From the NCBI GenBank assembly GCA_963816355.1, contig CAWFKH010000001.1, positions 128,001-192,000 on the forward strand: a stretch of 64,000 bases of DNA. The letters are read 5' to 3'. Both the position numbers and the translations under genes were made by a program. Position 1 is the stretch's first letter. Every line of letters starts with the position of its first letter. The DNA comes from an uncultured Gemmatimonadales bacterium. GTDB lineage: Bacteria; Gemmatimonadota; Gemmatimonadetes; Longimicrobiales; RSA9. The notes beneath the pieces are model-generated. The model did no database searches. It worked only from the letters and a program-made list of their open reading frames with translations, and was not told the origin of the DNA. Below are positions 9,875-19,566 of this stretch, piece by piece.

Positions 9875-10792
9875 TCAGGTCGCCGACGTCGGCCGCGCCA
9901 GCGCGTCGCCCAGCCGGATCGAGGCCCCCTCCCGCACTGCGTCCACCCTCTCCATCCCACGCTCCAGCAGGACCACCACCGTCGAGCCGAGGTGGAACGC
10001 CATGAGGTCGTCGCCCCGCTCGATCGGCAGCGCGGGCGCGTAATCCCGCGTCGTCGCCACCGCCCCGCGCCGATTCGTCACCCACCCCGGCGCGCCCGCG
10101 GGCGCACTCCACGCGGCGTCGAACGCGGCCGAGATGCGCCCCACGTTGTACGCCCCGATCGCAATCACCGCCAGCAAACCGTACCGGCCATCGATGTAGC
10201 AGATCAGCCGCTCGTTGCGCACGAAGAGATCCGCGACCGACACGACCGCCGCGGGATTGACCGGGAGCAACGCGCCCGGAACGTAACGGGCGCGCGGGAT
10301 CACGCCGCCGGCCGGGGCGTGGATGCGATGGTAGTCGCGCGGACCGAGGTAGAGCGTCGCGAACGCCCCGCCCTCGAAGCGCTCCGCCGCGTCGTCGTCG
10401 AGCAGCTCCGCGGCCGAGTACCACCGCCCCTTCGCCTGCAGCAGGCGGCCCGACCGCACGACGCCCACCGCGCCCACCGTGCCGTCCACCGGGCTCGCCA
10501 CCACCCGCGGATCCGCCGGCCAGCAGCGCACGCCCTCCCGCAGCCGGCGCACGAAGAACGCGTTCAGCGAACCGTACGCCTCCAGCGGCCGCGCCACCTC
10601 CGACACCTCCACGCCCACCGCCCGCGCGAAGGCGCCGAGGAGCGGCCGCCGCAGCCGCCGCGGGATCGGCGCGTCCGCCAGACGCCCGAAACCGCGGCTC
10701 AACGCCCCCTGCGGCAGGCGACGCAGCCCCGCCAGCGCCAACCGCCACGCCGCCGACACGCGCGCCCCGCCCGCTCCCGGCTCCTCATCCAT
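9875..10792 (-). CDS. psd: phosphatidylserine decarboxylase proenzyme
   Basis: FFVRRL, SPVDG, YLGPRDYHRIH, RNER and FHLGST (autocleavage) motifs. Confidence 0.93.
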   Translation of the reverse strand: MDEEPGAGGARVSAAWRLALAGLRRLPQGALSRGFGRLADAPIPRRLRRPLLGAFARAVGVEVSEVARPLEAYGSLNAFFVRRLREGVRCWPADPRVVASPVDGTVGAVGVVRSGRLLQAKGRWYSAAELLDDDAAERFEGGAFATLYLGPRDYHRIHAPAGGVIPRARYVPGALLPVNPAAVVSVADLFVRNERLICYIDGRYGLLAVIAIGAYNVGRISAAFDAAWSAPAGAPGWVTNRRGAVATTRDYAPALPIERGDDLMAFHLGSTVVVLLERGMERVDAVREGASIRLGDALARPTSAT

Positions 10793-10835
10793 GCGATCGC
10801 CCACGACCACGCGGCGCGGCCGCGCCACACCGCGC

Positions 10836-10901
10836 AGCCGCGCCCCGCCCCGGAGCCGCCCTCCGCTTCAGAGCCGCGCCCCGCTTCAGAGCCGCGCCCC
10901 G
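10836..10901. repeat. 18-bp tandem repeat (about 3.7 copies) duplicating the rocD stop region
   Basis: agccgcgccccgcttcag-like units at 10836, 10854, 10872 and 10890. Confidence 0.75.
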
Positions 10902-12106
10902 ACCGACGCCTCGAGCACTTCGGCGATCGCCGGCAGCACCGACTCCAGCTCCTCCTTCGTCACCGTCAGCGGCGGCGCAAAGCGCACCACCTGCTCGTGC
11001 GTCTCCTTCGCCAGGATCCCGCGCTCCTGGAGCGCCTCGCAGAACGGCCGCGCCGGACCCGACGAGTCCCGGATCACGACGCCGATCAACAGGCCCTTGC
11101 CGCGCACCTCCGCCACGTGCGGCGAGGCCAGCTCCCGCAACTCCTCCATGAACCAGGCGCCCAGCTCCGCCGCCCGCTCCGACAGCCGCTCCTCCACGAT
11201 CACCCGCAGCGACGCCCGCGCCACCGCCGCCGCCAGCGGATTGCCGCCGAACGTCGAACCGTGGGTCCCCGGCGTGAAGACGTCCAGCACCTCCGCGTCC
11301 GCGAGCACCGCCGACACCGGATAGACCCCGCCGCCCAGCGCCTTCCCCACGATCACCACGTCCGGCCGCACGTCCGACCACTGCGAGCAGAACAGCCGGC
11401 CCGTGCGCCCCAGACCCGTCTGGATCTCGTCCGCCACCAGCAGCGCGCCGTGCTCCGCGCACAGCTCCGCCGCCGCCGCCAGATACCCCTCCGGCGGCAC
11501 CACCACCCCCGCCTCTCCCTGGATCGGCTCCACCAGGAACGCCACCGTCCGATCCGTGAACGCCGCCGCAAGCGCCCCCACGTCGCCGTACGGCACCCGC
11601 ACGAACCCCGGCGTGAACGGACCGAACCCCTCCTTGTACAGAGGCTCCGCCGAAAAGCCCACAATCGTCGTCGTGCGGCCGTGGAAGTTGCCGTCGCACA
11701 CGATGATCTCCGCCTCCCCCGCCGGCACGCCCTTCACCTCGTACCCCCACTTCCGCACCGCCTTCAGCGCCGTCTCCACCGCCTCCGCTCCCGTGTTCAT
11801 CGGCAGCGCTTCCTCATAGCCCGCCAGCTCGCAGAGCTCCTCCAAAAACGGCCCCATCTGGTCGTTGTGAAACGCCCGTGACGTCAGCGTCAGCTTCCCC
11901 GCCTGCTCCGTCAACGCCCCCACGATCGCCGGATGCCGGTGCCCCTGGTTCAGCGCCGAGTACGCCGACAACATGTCCATGTAGCGCTTCCCCTCCACGT
12001 CCCACACCCACACCCCCTCGCCTCGCTCCAGTACCACCGGGAGTGGATGATAATTATGCGCACTCCACCGCTCCGCCTGCGCGACCAGCTTCTCGCTCTT
12101 CGTCAT
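10886..12106 (-). CDS. rocD: ornithine--oxo-acid aminotransferase
   Basis: AHNYHPLPVV, SAYSALNQGHRHP, LTLTSRAF, PMNTGAEAVETA, DEIQTGLGRTG and HGSTFGGNPL motifs. Confidence 0.95.
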   Translation of the reverse strand: MTKSEKLVAQAERWSAHNYHPLPVVLERGEGVWVWDVEGKRYMDMLSAYSALNQGHRHPAIVGALTEQAGKLTLTSRAFHNDQMGPFLEELCELAGYEEALPMNTGAEAVETALKAVRKWGYEVKGVPAGEAEIIVCDGNFHGRTTTIVGFSAEPLYKEGFGPFTPGFVRVPYGDVGALAAAFTDRTVAFLVEPIQGEAGVVVPPEGYLAAAAELCAEHGALLVADEIQTGLGRTGRLFCSQWSDVRPDVVIVGKALGGGVYPVSAVLADAEVLDVFTPGTHGSTFGGNPLAAAVARASLRVIVEERLSERAAELGAWFMEELRELASPHVAEVRGKGLLIGVVIRDSSGPARPFCEALQERGILAKETHEQVVRFAPPLTVTKEELESVLPAIAEVLEASVGARL

Positions 12107-12199
12107 CGCCTTATCCTTTCGTCCCGCCGTTCGTCCCGCCGTCGTCGTGGATCCCCGCGCGCCGTGGCCACCCGCCCACCCCCCGCCGCGAGGAATGGA

Positions 12200-12229
12200 A
12201 AAATATTCACTACACATGAATAATGTCAA
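12200..12229 (-). promoter_or_regulatory. sigma70-type promoter of rocD overlapped by an ARG-box-like operator
   Basis: minus strand TTGACA-N18-TATTTT containing TATTCA-N7-TGAATA, in an AT-rich island. Confidence 0.6.
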
Positions 12230-12289
12230 TCGGCCGCGGCGCGGGGCGGTGCCCGCGGGGGCGCCGCCGGACACGGGCGCAGTGCCGGC

Positions 12290-12318
12290 TTGCACGCGGC
12301 GGTCGCGGCGGGTATCGT
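12290..12318 (+). promoter_or_regulatory. putative sigma70 promoter of the substrate-binding protein gene
   Basis: TTGCAC-N17-TATCGT. Confidence 0.45.
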
Positions 12319-12348
12319 CGGGCCAACCCGCGACGGAACGGTAGAGTG

Positions 12349-13281
12349 ATGGCAGAAGGGGCGCAACGGATCGTATCGGTGCTGGCGAGCGCGACGGAGA
12401 TCGTGGACGCGCTCGGGCTGGGGGGGCGCCTGGTGGGGATCTCGCACGAGTGCGACCATCCGCCTGCGCTGCTGGACCGGCCGCGCGTGAGCCGGCCGCG
12501 CTTCGAGGTGGCGGGCTTGTCGAGTGGGGAGGTGGACCGTGCGGTGCGGCGGGCGATGGAGGAGGAGGGAAGCGTCTACGCGCTGGACGGCGGGGCGCTG
12601 GAGGCGCTGGCACCGGACCTGGTATTGACGCAGGCAGTGTGTGAGGTGTGCGCGGTGCCGACGCGTGGGGTGCGCGAGGTGGTGGCGGCGCGCGGGCTGG
12701 ACGCGGCGGTGGTGTCGCTGGACGCGCACACGCTGGAGGAGATCCTGGAGTCGATCCGGGTGGTGGGGCGGGCGGCGGGGGTCGCGGAGCGGGCGGCGTC
12801 GGTGGTGGCGGCGCTGGAGGCGCGGCTGGCGGCGGTGGCGGCGGCGGTGGCGGGCGCGGCGCGGCCGCGGGTGCTGGCGGTGGAGTGGCTGGACCCGCCG
12901 TTCGTGCCGGGCCACTGGGTGCCGGAGCAGATCGAGCGGGGGGGCGGCCGCAACGTGGTGGGGGAGGTGGGTCGCCGCTCACGGGAGGCGACGTGGGAGT
13001 CGCTGGCGGGCCTCGATCCGGACGTATTGCTGATCATGCCGTGCGGCTACGACCTGGAGGCGTCGCGGCACGACGCGGATGCGCACGCGGCGGAGCTCGG
13101 GCAGGTGGCGCCGCGCGCGGTCGAGGCGGGCGGCGCGTACGTGGTGGACGGGTCGTCGTACTTCAACCGCTCGGGCCCTCGCGCGGTGCGGGGGGTGGAG
13201 ATCCTGGCGGGGCTGCTGCACCCGGATCGCTTTCCGCCGCCGGGGCCGCGGGAGGCGGCGGTGTGGCGTCCGGCGGGCTGA
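12349..13281 (+). CDS. BtuF-like (cobalamin/iron-siderophore type) substrate-binding protein, no signal peptide
   Basis: RIVSVLASATEIV, GISHECDHP, EWLDPPF.PGHWVPE and YFNRSGPR motifs. Confidence 0.85.
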   Translation: MAEGAQRIVSVLASATEIVDALGLGGRLVGISHECDHPPALLDRPRVSRPRFEVAGLSSGEVDRAVRRAMEEEGSVYALDGGALEALAPDLVLTQAVCEVCAVPTRGVREVVAARGLDAAVVSLDAHTLEEILESIRVVGRAAGVAERAASVVAALEARLAAVAAAVAGAARPRVLAVEWLDPPFVPGHWVPEQIERGGGRNVVGEVGRRSREATWESLAGLDPDVLLIMPCGYDLEASRHDADAHAAELGQVAPRAVEAGGAYVVDGSSYFNRSGPRAVRGVEILAGLLHPDRFPPPGPREAAVWRPAG

Positions 13282-14590
13282 GCGGCGCGGCCGGCGGTTC
13301 GCCGCGGGCGCGGCGCAGGCGGACGTCGTGCGAGCCGGTGATGAGGCGGATTCCGCGCTGGTAGGTGGCGTAGGCCCACGCCCATTGGATCATGACGATG
13401 AGGCGGTTGCGGAAGCCGATGAGGTAGAGGATGTGGACGAAGACCCAGACGAGCCAGGCGAGGTAGCCGGAGAGGCGGAAGCGCCAGATGTCGGCGACGG
13501 CGGCGGCGCGGCCGATCGTGGCGAGGCTCCCCTTGTCGAGGTAGTGGAAGCGCTGGCGCGGGAGGCCGCGCGCGTCGCGGGCGATCTGGCGGCCGACGAA
13601 GTCGCCCATCTGCATCGCGGCGGGGGCGACGCCGGGCACGAGCTCGCCGCGCTCGCGCTCGAGGTGGGCGAGGTCGCCCGCGACGAACACCTCCGGGTGG
13701 CCGGGCAGCGAGCAGTCGGCTTCCACGAGGACGCGTCCGGCGCGATCGGTGGGGGCGCCGAGCTGAGCGCCCAGGGGTGAGGCGGCGACGCCGGCGGCCC
13801 AGAAGGCGTTGCCGGCGTACAGCCGCTCGTCGCCGATGCGGATCCCGTCGGCGTCGATGGCGGTGACGCGCGTGCCGGTGCGCACCTCGACGCCGAGCGC
13901 CTCGAGCTGCCGCTGCGCCTTCGCCGACAGCGCATCGGGGTAGCCGGGCAGGACCCGCGGCGCGGCTTCGATGAGGAGGATGCGCGTGGTGGTCGTGTCG
14001 ATGTAGCGGAACTCGCGCGGCATCACCTCGCGCGCGATCTCCGCCATCGCCCCGGCGAGCTCGACGCCGGTCGGCCCCGCGCCGACGATCGCGAAGGTGA
14101 GCAGGCGCCGTCTCGCCTCGGCGTCGCCCTCGCGCTCGGCGGCTTCGAACGCGAGGAGGAAGCGGCGGCGGATCTCGAGCGCGTCCTCGACCGTCTTGAG
14201 CCCGGGTGCGCGCTCCGCCCACTCGGGGTGGCCGAAGTAGGCGTGCGTAGCGCCGGTCGCGACGACGAGATAGTCGTAGGCGAGCGGCGCATCGGCGAGG
14301 TGGACGGCCCTCGCCTCGACATCGATCCGCTGCGCCTCCCCGAGCCACACTTCCGCGTTCTCCTGCCGGCGCAGGATCGCCCGCAGCGGACTGGCGATGT
14401 CGCCGGGCGAGAGCGACGCCGTCGCCACCTGGTAGAGCAGCGGCTGGAAGAGGTGGAAGTTCTGGCGGTCGACGAGCGTGATGCGCACCGGCGCGCGGCG
14501 CAGCTTGCGGGCGCAGTGCAGGCCCGCGAAGCCGCCGCCGAGGATGACGACGTGGGGCGTCCCTCGGCCCGTGTGCGGTGCGGGGCGCAC
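13163..14590 (-). CDS. ndh: type II NADH dehydrogenase (FAD-dependent oxidoreductase)
   Basis: ILGGGFAG, FQPLLYQVAT, IVGAGPTGVELAG, WAAGV and YLDKGSLATIGR motifs. Confidence 0.92.
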   Translation of the reverse strand: MRPAPHTGRGTPHVVILGGGFAGLHCARKLRRAPVRITLVDRQNFHLFQPLLYQVATASLSPGDIASPLRAILRRQENAEVWLGEAQRIDVEARAVHLADAPLAYDYLVVATGATHAYFGHPEWAERAPGLKTVEDALEIRRRFLLAFEAAEREGDAEARRRLLTFAIVGAGPTGVELAGAMAEIAREVMPREFRYIDTTTTRILLIEAAPRVLPGYPDALSAKAQRQLEALGVEVRTGTRVTAIDADGIRIGDERLYAGNAFWAAGVAASPLGAQLGAPTDRAGRVLVEADCSLPGHPEVFVAGDLAHLERERGELVPGVAPAAMQMGDFVGRQIARDARGLPRQRFHYLDKGSLATIGRAAAVADIWRFRLSGYLAWLVWVFVHILYLIGFRNRLIVMIQWAWAYATYQRGIRLITGSHDVRLRRARGEPPAAPLSPPDATPPPPAAPAAESDPGAAAPPGSPPPAPREGPSG

Positions 14591-14603
14591 GCGCCCGCCG
14601 CGC

Positions 14604-17480
14604 TTACCGGTTCCCCGGGCCGCCGCCGTTTTCGGCGACGTCGCCGTCCGCCTTGCCGCTCTCGAGCCCGATCCCCAGGTCGTTCCAGTTCGTGATCGCG
14701 TTCCACACGAAGGCGAAGTCGCCCTGACTCTGGAAGCGGTGGAGCGGATCGAAGCCGAAGAGGACGAGGGTCCCCTTGCCCACGGGAGCGACGACGATCG
14801 CCGGCTCGCCTGCCAGCTCCTGCGGGTTCTTGGCCAGTCCGCTCATGAGCAGCGAGTCCGCGGCGGCGTAGCGCACCACGACGTCCGCCTTGCGCGCGCT
14901 GCCCACGGCGAAGTAGGGCCCGAAGTGGTGGTAGAGCGGGACGCGCGCGTCGTAGCCGTAGGTGATCGGGTTGCGGGACTGCGTGACGACGCCCCGCACG
15001 ACGGAGCCGGGCACGAACAGGCCGCGCATCGTTCGCGTCGAGACGTCGCGCACCATCCCCATGTCGACCGGCAGCGTGCCGGCGGTGCCGAGCGCGATGA
15101 AGGTGCCGCCCTTCTCGACGAAGTCGCGCAGCGCGGCGAGGCCCTCGTAACCCATGCCGCCTGTGATGTCCTGCGCGCTGTCCGGCTTGCCGAGCGCGGG
15201 ATAGGCGGGCGTGGACGTGTAGGCGAGCGGTCCCCATTTCGGGTCGATGCCCTGCAGGATCGCGCGGCCCGACGCGCCTCCCTGCTGCGCCATCACGACC
15301 ACGTCGTAGTCGGCTCGCAGGTCCGGGTGGGCGCGCAGCCGGTCGACGCCGAAATAGGCGTACGGCACGCCGAAGCGGTCGAACGCCACGCGCACCGAGC
15401 CGTCGTCCTGCGTGCTGCGCCACGTGTGGATCAGCGCGATGCGGGGCGGGTCCAGCTCGTGGCGCTTCACGTCGCGCAGCGCGGAGGCCGGGACGCCCAC
15501 GACCTCGAGCCCGATCTCGCCGGCGATCCGCCGTACCCGGTCCGGCACGGTGCTGTCGGCCGCGACGAGCCAGGTCCCCGCGGGGAGCGTGCGCTTGCCG
15601 ACGTCGAAGGAGTCCTCCGCCGCGTAGACCGGCACGCCGCGCAGCGCGTAGTAGGCGCGGATCTCGTGCGCCGACGCGTTCGGCAGGATCGCGAACCAGT
15701 CGGCGTGACGGTCGCGCGTGAAGGGCGCGCCGATACGCACGAGCGCGTCCCCGACCGGACGGACCGCGAGCTGCTGCACCTTCGGGTCGTCGATCGGCCT
15801 GGCGACGACGTCGAACATGAGCGGGAACGTCCACGCGACGTCGTCGTAGGGGGTGGGCGCGTCGGCGGGGAAGTCCTGCCGCTCCATCAGCGTCTTCGCG
15901 TAGTTGCGCAGCGGCTGGTCCATGAGGACGAGGTAGTCGCCGGCGGCGATGTCGACGACACCGAAGTGGCCGGCGGCGCTCGCCTGGCTCACCTCGATGC
16001 CGCGCCGCCGCAGGTTGTCGAGCATCGCGGCGGCGTCCGCGCGGCGCGGCTGGTCTCGCGGCACAAGCCACGCATACGGCTTCTCCGTGCGCCCCTTGTC
16101 GAGCGAGTTCTTCGTCTTCGTCCAGTACTCGTGCAGGATGCGCGTGCGGTTGCGGGCGACCAGCTCGAGCGCGGCCAGGACGCCGGTCTCCATGTAGTTC
16201 GTGTTGTCGCGCAAGGACCAGAGCGTCTCCTTGCGGGGCGGCAGCGGACGGTACCACTCGACGCGCGTCGCGTTGCCGCCCAGCGTGCGCTTCTGCGTGT
16301 GCGGCACGCCGTTGCCGAACGTCTCGTAGAAGCGGCCGGTGGCGTTGAGGTCGTTGTTGGTGACCCACATGAGGTAGCCGGGATACCAGCCGTCGTAGAA
16401 GCCGTGCGTCCACACGCCCGGCATGCCGAAGCTGGTCAGCGCCGTGACCTCGAAATTCGAGAGCCACTGCCACTCGCCGATCGTGATCGGATCGATCGCG
16501 TTGTTGTATGGCCCGGTCCCGGTCGACGTGTAGAGGTACGGCACGGATTCGTGGAGGTCGTGCCCGATCGGGTAGTGCCACTCGAGCGCCAGGTCGATCA
16601 GGATCTGCGTCAGCCGCAGCGACATCTGCAGCCCGTCGCGATTGTTGTCGTGCAGGATGTAGTGGCCCCAGTAGGGCGGCCCGGGGATCTCGTCGTCGGG
16701 CGCGTAGTTCGTGCGGTTGTAGCGCCGGTACCACTGCACGACGCGGTTGCGGCCGTCCACCTCGGTCACCGGGATGATGAAGACGACGACGCTGTCGCGG
16801 ATGTCGCGGATCGCCGGATCGTCCGACGTCGCGAGACGGTACGCGAGCTCCATCGCCATCTCCGGCGGCCCCGTCTCGGCGGAGTGAAGGCCCGCGTAGA
16901 AGGTGTAGATCACCGGCAGGTCGGCGATCAGCCGCTGCGCCTCCGAATCCGCCGTGACCCGGGGGTCGGCGAGCTTCGCCATCCCCGCCTTCACCGCCTC
17001 CAGCCGCTGCAGGTTGCGCTCGCTCCCGACCTGAACCAGCGCCATGCGGTTCCCCTCCTCCGTCTCGCCCAGCAGGTCGAAGCGGACGCGGTGGGTGCTC
17101 GCGGCGAGGGCGCGGTAGTAGCCGTAGATCTCGTCCACGTCGTGCAGGATTCCGGGCTTGCCGATCGGATAGCCGAAGTGCGCGCTCGGGGAGGTGACGC
17201 CCGCAGCCACCGTCAGGTGGTTCACGAGCGGGCTGGTGTACTCCGGCATCGTCGTCCACGACAGGATCAGGCGGGTCGCCGCGGTGTCGACCGCCTGCCC
17301 CCACGGCGTCGTCGCCCGGATCCCCTTCGCCTTCCACCAGTCGAAGCTCTGCGGCACCGGCGGGCCCGCCGTGTCCGGCGACGTGCCGGCGGCCGCGGCA
17401 GGGCGCTGTGCCGCCAGCGGCGCGACGACGGCGACGCAGAGCAGCGACACGAGCGCGGACTGCATCGCGCGACGGAGCAT
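14604..17480 (-). CDS. secreted M14-family zinc carboxypeptidase with C-terminal GATase-like domain
   Basis: signal peptide; GLHSAE, DNNRD and HDLHE zinc/catalytic motifs; GGAGG RBS. Confidence 0.88.
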   Translation of the reverse strand: MLRRAMQSALVSLLCVAVVAPLAAQRPAAAAGTSPDTAGPPVPQSFDWWKAKGIRATTPWGQAVDTAATRLILSWTTMPEYTSPLVNHLTVAAGVTSPSAHFGYPIGKPGILHDVDEIYGYYRALAASTHRVRFDLLGETEEGNRMALVQVGSERNLQRLEAVKAGMAKLADPRVTADSEAQRLIADLPVIYTFYAGLHSAETGPPEMAMELAYRLATSDDPAIRDIRDSVVVFIIPVTEVDGRNRVVQWYRRYNRTNYAPDDEIPGPPYWGHYILHDNNRDGLQMSLRLTQILIDLALEWHYPIGHDLHESVPYLYTSTGTGPYNNAIDPITIGEWQWLSNFEVTALTSFGMPGVWTHGFYDGWYPGYLMWVTNNDLNATGRFYETFGNGVPHTQKRTLGGNATRVEWYRPLPPRKETLWSLRDNTNYMETGVLAALELVARNRTRILHEYWTKTKNSLDKGRTEKPYAWLVPRDQPRRADAAAMLDNLRRRGIEVSQASAAGHFGVVDIAAGDYLVLMDQPLRNYAKTLMERQDFPADAPTPYDDVAWTFPLMFDVVARPIDDPKVQQLAVRPVGDALVRIGAPFTRDRHADWFAILPNASAHEIRAYYALRGVPVYAAEDSFDVGKRTLPAGTWLVAADSTVPDRVRRIAGEIGLEVVGVPASALRDVKRHELDPPRIALIHTWRSTQDDGSVRVAFDRFGVPYAYFGVDRLRAHPDLRADYDVVVMAQQGGASGRAILQGIDPKWGPLAYTSTPAYPALGKPDSAQDITGGMGYEGLAALRDFVEKGGTFIALGTAGTLPVDMGMVRDVSTRTMRGLFVPGSVVRGVVTQSRNPITYGYDARVPLYHHFGPYFAVGSARKADVVVRYAAADSLLMSGLAKNPQELAGEPAIVVAPVGKGTLVLFGFDPLHRFQSQGDFAFVWNAITNWNDLGIGLESGKADGDVAENGGGPGNR

Positions 17481-17542
17481 GCGGACCTCCGGATGGTGCG
17501 AAGGGGAGCGCCGGCGCGGGCCGCGCCGGCGCTTGCCGGGCC

Positions 17543-18634
17543 TCAGCTCCCGGTCAGCGGGACGCGCAGGATCTGGCCGGGCCGGATGCGGGAGGAGCTC
17601 AAATTGTTGACGCGCTTGATGGCGCCCACCGTGGTGTCGTGCTGGCGCGCGATCGACCACAGGCTGTCGCCGTCGTCCACACGGTAGCGCAGGACCCGCG
17701 CGGCCTCGGCGCGGCTCGCCTCCGTGGCGACGGCAGTCGCTACGGACGCCGGCGGCGCCGGCACCTTGAGCGTCTGGCCGGCCACGATGCGCGATGAATC
17801 GAGCGCGTTCGCGTCCAGCAGCGCCGCGACCGTCGTGCCGAAGCGGCGCGCGATGTCCCACAGCGTCTCGCCGCGGATCACGACGTGCGGAACGAGGTCG
17901 GCTTCGAGCGCCTGCCCGTCCTCGTAGGCCGCGGTCTCCGCCTCGTCGGCGGAGGCGACGCCGTCGCCGGCGGTGGACGGCGCGTCCGCAGACACGAGCG
18001 TGCGCGCGTCGCCGGCCGGGGCGGCGGCGTCCGCGACCGCGACCGCCGTCCCGCGCGAGCCGGCGTCCTCGCCGAGCGCGACGAGGTAGCGACGATACGG
18101 CTGGGGAAAGAGCGCGACGTGGAAGTGCGCCGGATGGTGCTCCTGCGTCGCCTCGAGCACCCCTGCTGCCTCGAGCGAGAGGAGCGTCTCGCGCATCCAG
18201 CGGACACAGGCGCCGCTGGTGCTGCGTCGCAGGTCCATCGCCATCCCGGTCGGGTGGACGGTGCGGCTGGAGGAGTTCCACAGGTGCATCGACTCCGGCC
18301 GCACGAGGCTGGTGACCACCAGCTGCTCGCCGCACGCGGCCCGGTACTGGCGCGCGATGCGCTCGACGAACGTCTTCACGGCGGGCCGCGCGTACGGATA
18401 CGACACGGCGTGCAGCATGTAGTCGGCGTTGCCCGGAAGGCGCACCAGCAGACCTCGCTTCACGAAGCTGTGGATCTGGCTGCGGCTCGACAGGTAGGTG
18501 AAGTCCTCCGCGCGCGCCTCGCGGTTCTGCACGGTCAGCGAATGGGGGGAGCCCTTCAGGCTCTGGGCTCGCGCCGGAGACGCGGGGGTCGCGACGACGC
18601 CGATGGCCATGGCGGCCACGATGGTACGGAGCAC
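17543..18634 (-). CDS. secreted DUF5715 (M15-like) peptidase with two LysM domains
   Basis: signal peptide; VTSLVRP, HPTGMAMDL, HFHV; LysM repeats GETLWDIARRFG and GDSLWSIARQH. Confidence 0.88.
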   Translation of the reverse strand: MLRTIVAAMAIGVVATPASPARAQSLKGSPHSLTVQNREARAEDFTYLSSRSQIHSFVKRGLLVRLPGNADYMLHAVSYPYARPAVKTFVERIARQYRAACGEQLVVTSLVRPESMHLWNSSSRTVHPTGMAMDLRRSTSGACVRWMRETLLSLEAAGVLEATQEHHPAHFHVALFPQPYRRYLVALGEDAGSRGTAVAVADAAAPAGDARTLVSADAPSTAGDGVASADEAETAAYEDGQALEADLVPHVVIRGETLWDIARRFGTTVAALLDANALDSSRIVAGQTLKVPAPPASVATAVATEASRAEAARVLRYRVDDGDSLWSIARQHDTTVGAIKRVNNLSSSRIRPGQILRVPLTGS

Positions 18635-18722
18635 GCCTCTCCTCGTGGATGAGGTAACGACTCGAATTGTTGTCGGGTGCGCCGCGGCCAGGGGAGGATG
18701 ACCATCTATGGGACGCACTTCG

Positions 18723-18751
18723 AGGATGTGACACGTACGCCGCGATGTCAA
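18723..18751 (-). promoter_or_regulatory. sigma70 promoter of the LysM gene with overlapping TGACA-N12-TGTCA palindrome
   Basis: minus strand TTGACA-N17-CATCCT. Confidence 0.55.
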
Positions 18752-18776
18752 GGCGGAAATCGACCGCGCGCGCGCC

Positions 18777-19430
18777 TCAGGGTCGGTGGACGGTGACGCC
18801 CGCCTGGAGACGGAACCCGTCCGTCGTGTTCGATGCGCCAATGTCGTCCCCGAACCGGGTCCACAGATAGCCCGCGCGCACGATCACGCCGAAGCGCGCG
18901 CCCGGCAGCAGCGTCACACCGCCGCCGGCGTGCAGCGCGAGGCCGGTGCGCGTGGTGGTGCCACCGGTCGGGAAGGCGCCCGATCCGGTCGGCGTCGTGT
19001 GGTCGATGCTCATGGCGATGCCGACGCCGCCGCCCAGGAACGGCTCGACCGGTGCGGCGTGGCTCAGGAGGAAGTAGTCGCCGGAAACGGTGAGCGGCAC
19101 GACGTAGCTGGTCACCTTGCTGACGCTGCCGTCGAACAGGCCGGCCGCCGTCGTCGCCTCGAGGCTGCGTCGCCACAGACCGACGGACGTCTCGACGCCC
19201 AGGTGGCCGCGGCCGCCGCGCATCACGCCGAGCGAGATCAGCGGCCACTGCGACGAGCGGCTGTCCGCCGGATCGGCGCCGGCCGCCTGCCACGTTCCCG
19301 CGGTGAGCTCGAAGAAGGACGGCGCGTGGCGTGTTGCGGCGCGTCGCCGCTGCTGCTGCGCGGAGCCGCTGTTCGCCGTGGCCGCAAGTCCAACGAGCAG
19401 GAGGATGGCCACCGTCATCGTCCGCGTCAT
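18777..19430 (-). CDS. outer-membrane beta-barrel protein (OmpW/OMP_b-brl-like)
   Basis: signal peptide; alternating beta strands; VEPFLGGGVG motif. Confidence 0.75.
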   Translation of the reverse strand: MTRTMTVAILLLVGLAATANSGSAQQQRRRAATRHAPSFFELTAGTWQAAGADPADSRSSQWPLISLGVMRGGRGHLGVETSVGLWRRSLEATTAAGLFDGSVSKVTSYVVPLTVSGDYFLLSHAAPVEPFLGGGVGIAMSIDHTTPTGSGAFPTGGTTTRTGLALHAGGGVTLLPGARFGVIVRAGYLWTRFGDDIGASNTTDGFRLQAGVTVHRP

Positions 19431-19566
19431 GCGCCACTCCGTGCGGGTCGGCCGAGCCGGGCCGGCCCCACGGCCGATCCGTCGAGCACCGTTACGCATC
19501 GAATCTCGCGCGGCGCGGGCGCGCGGGCAACGCACGTGGGCCGGCCCGTGCCCACCGGGACGCCGG

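Noticed and set aside
12230..12348. Cobalamin riboswitch before the BtuF-like gene
   Set aside because: Region too short and no B12-box motif seen
12190..12350. oriC at the skew switch
   Set aside because: No DnaA boxes, no dnaA/dnaN, and the skew fades within a few kb
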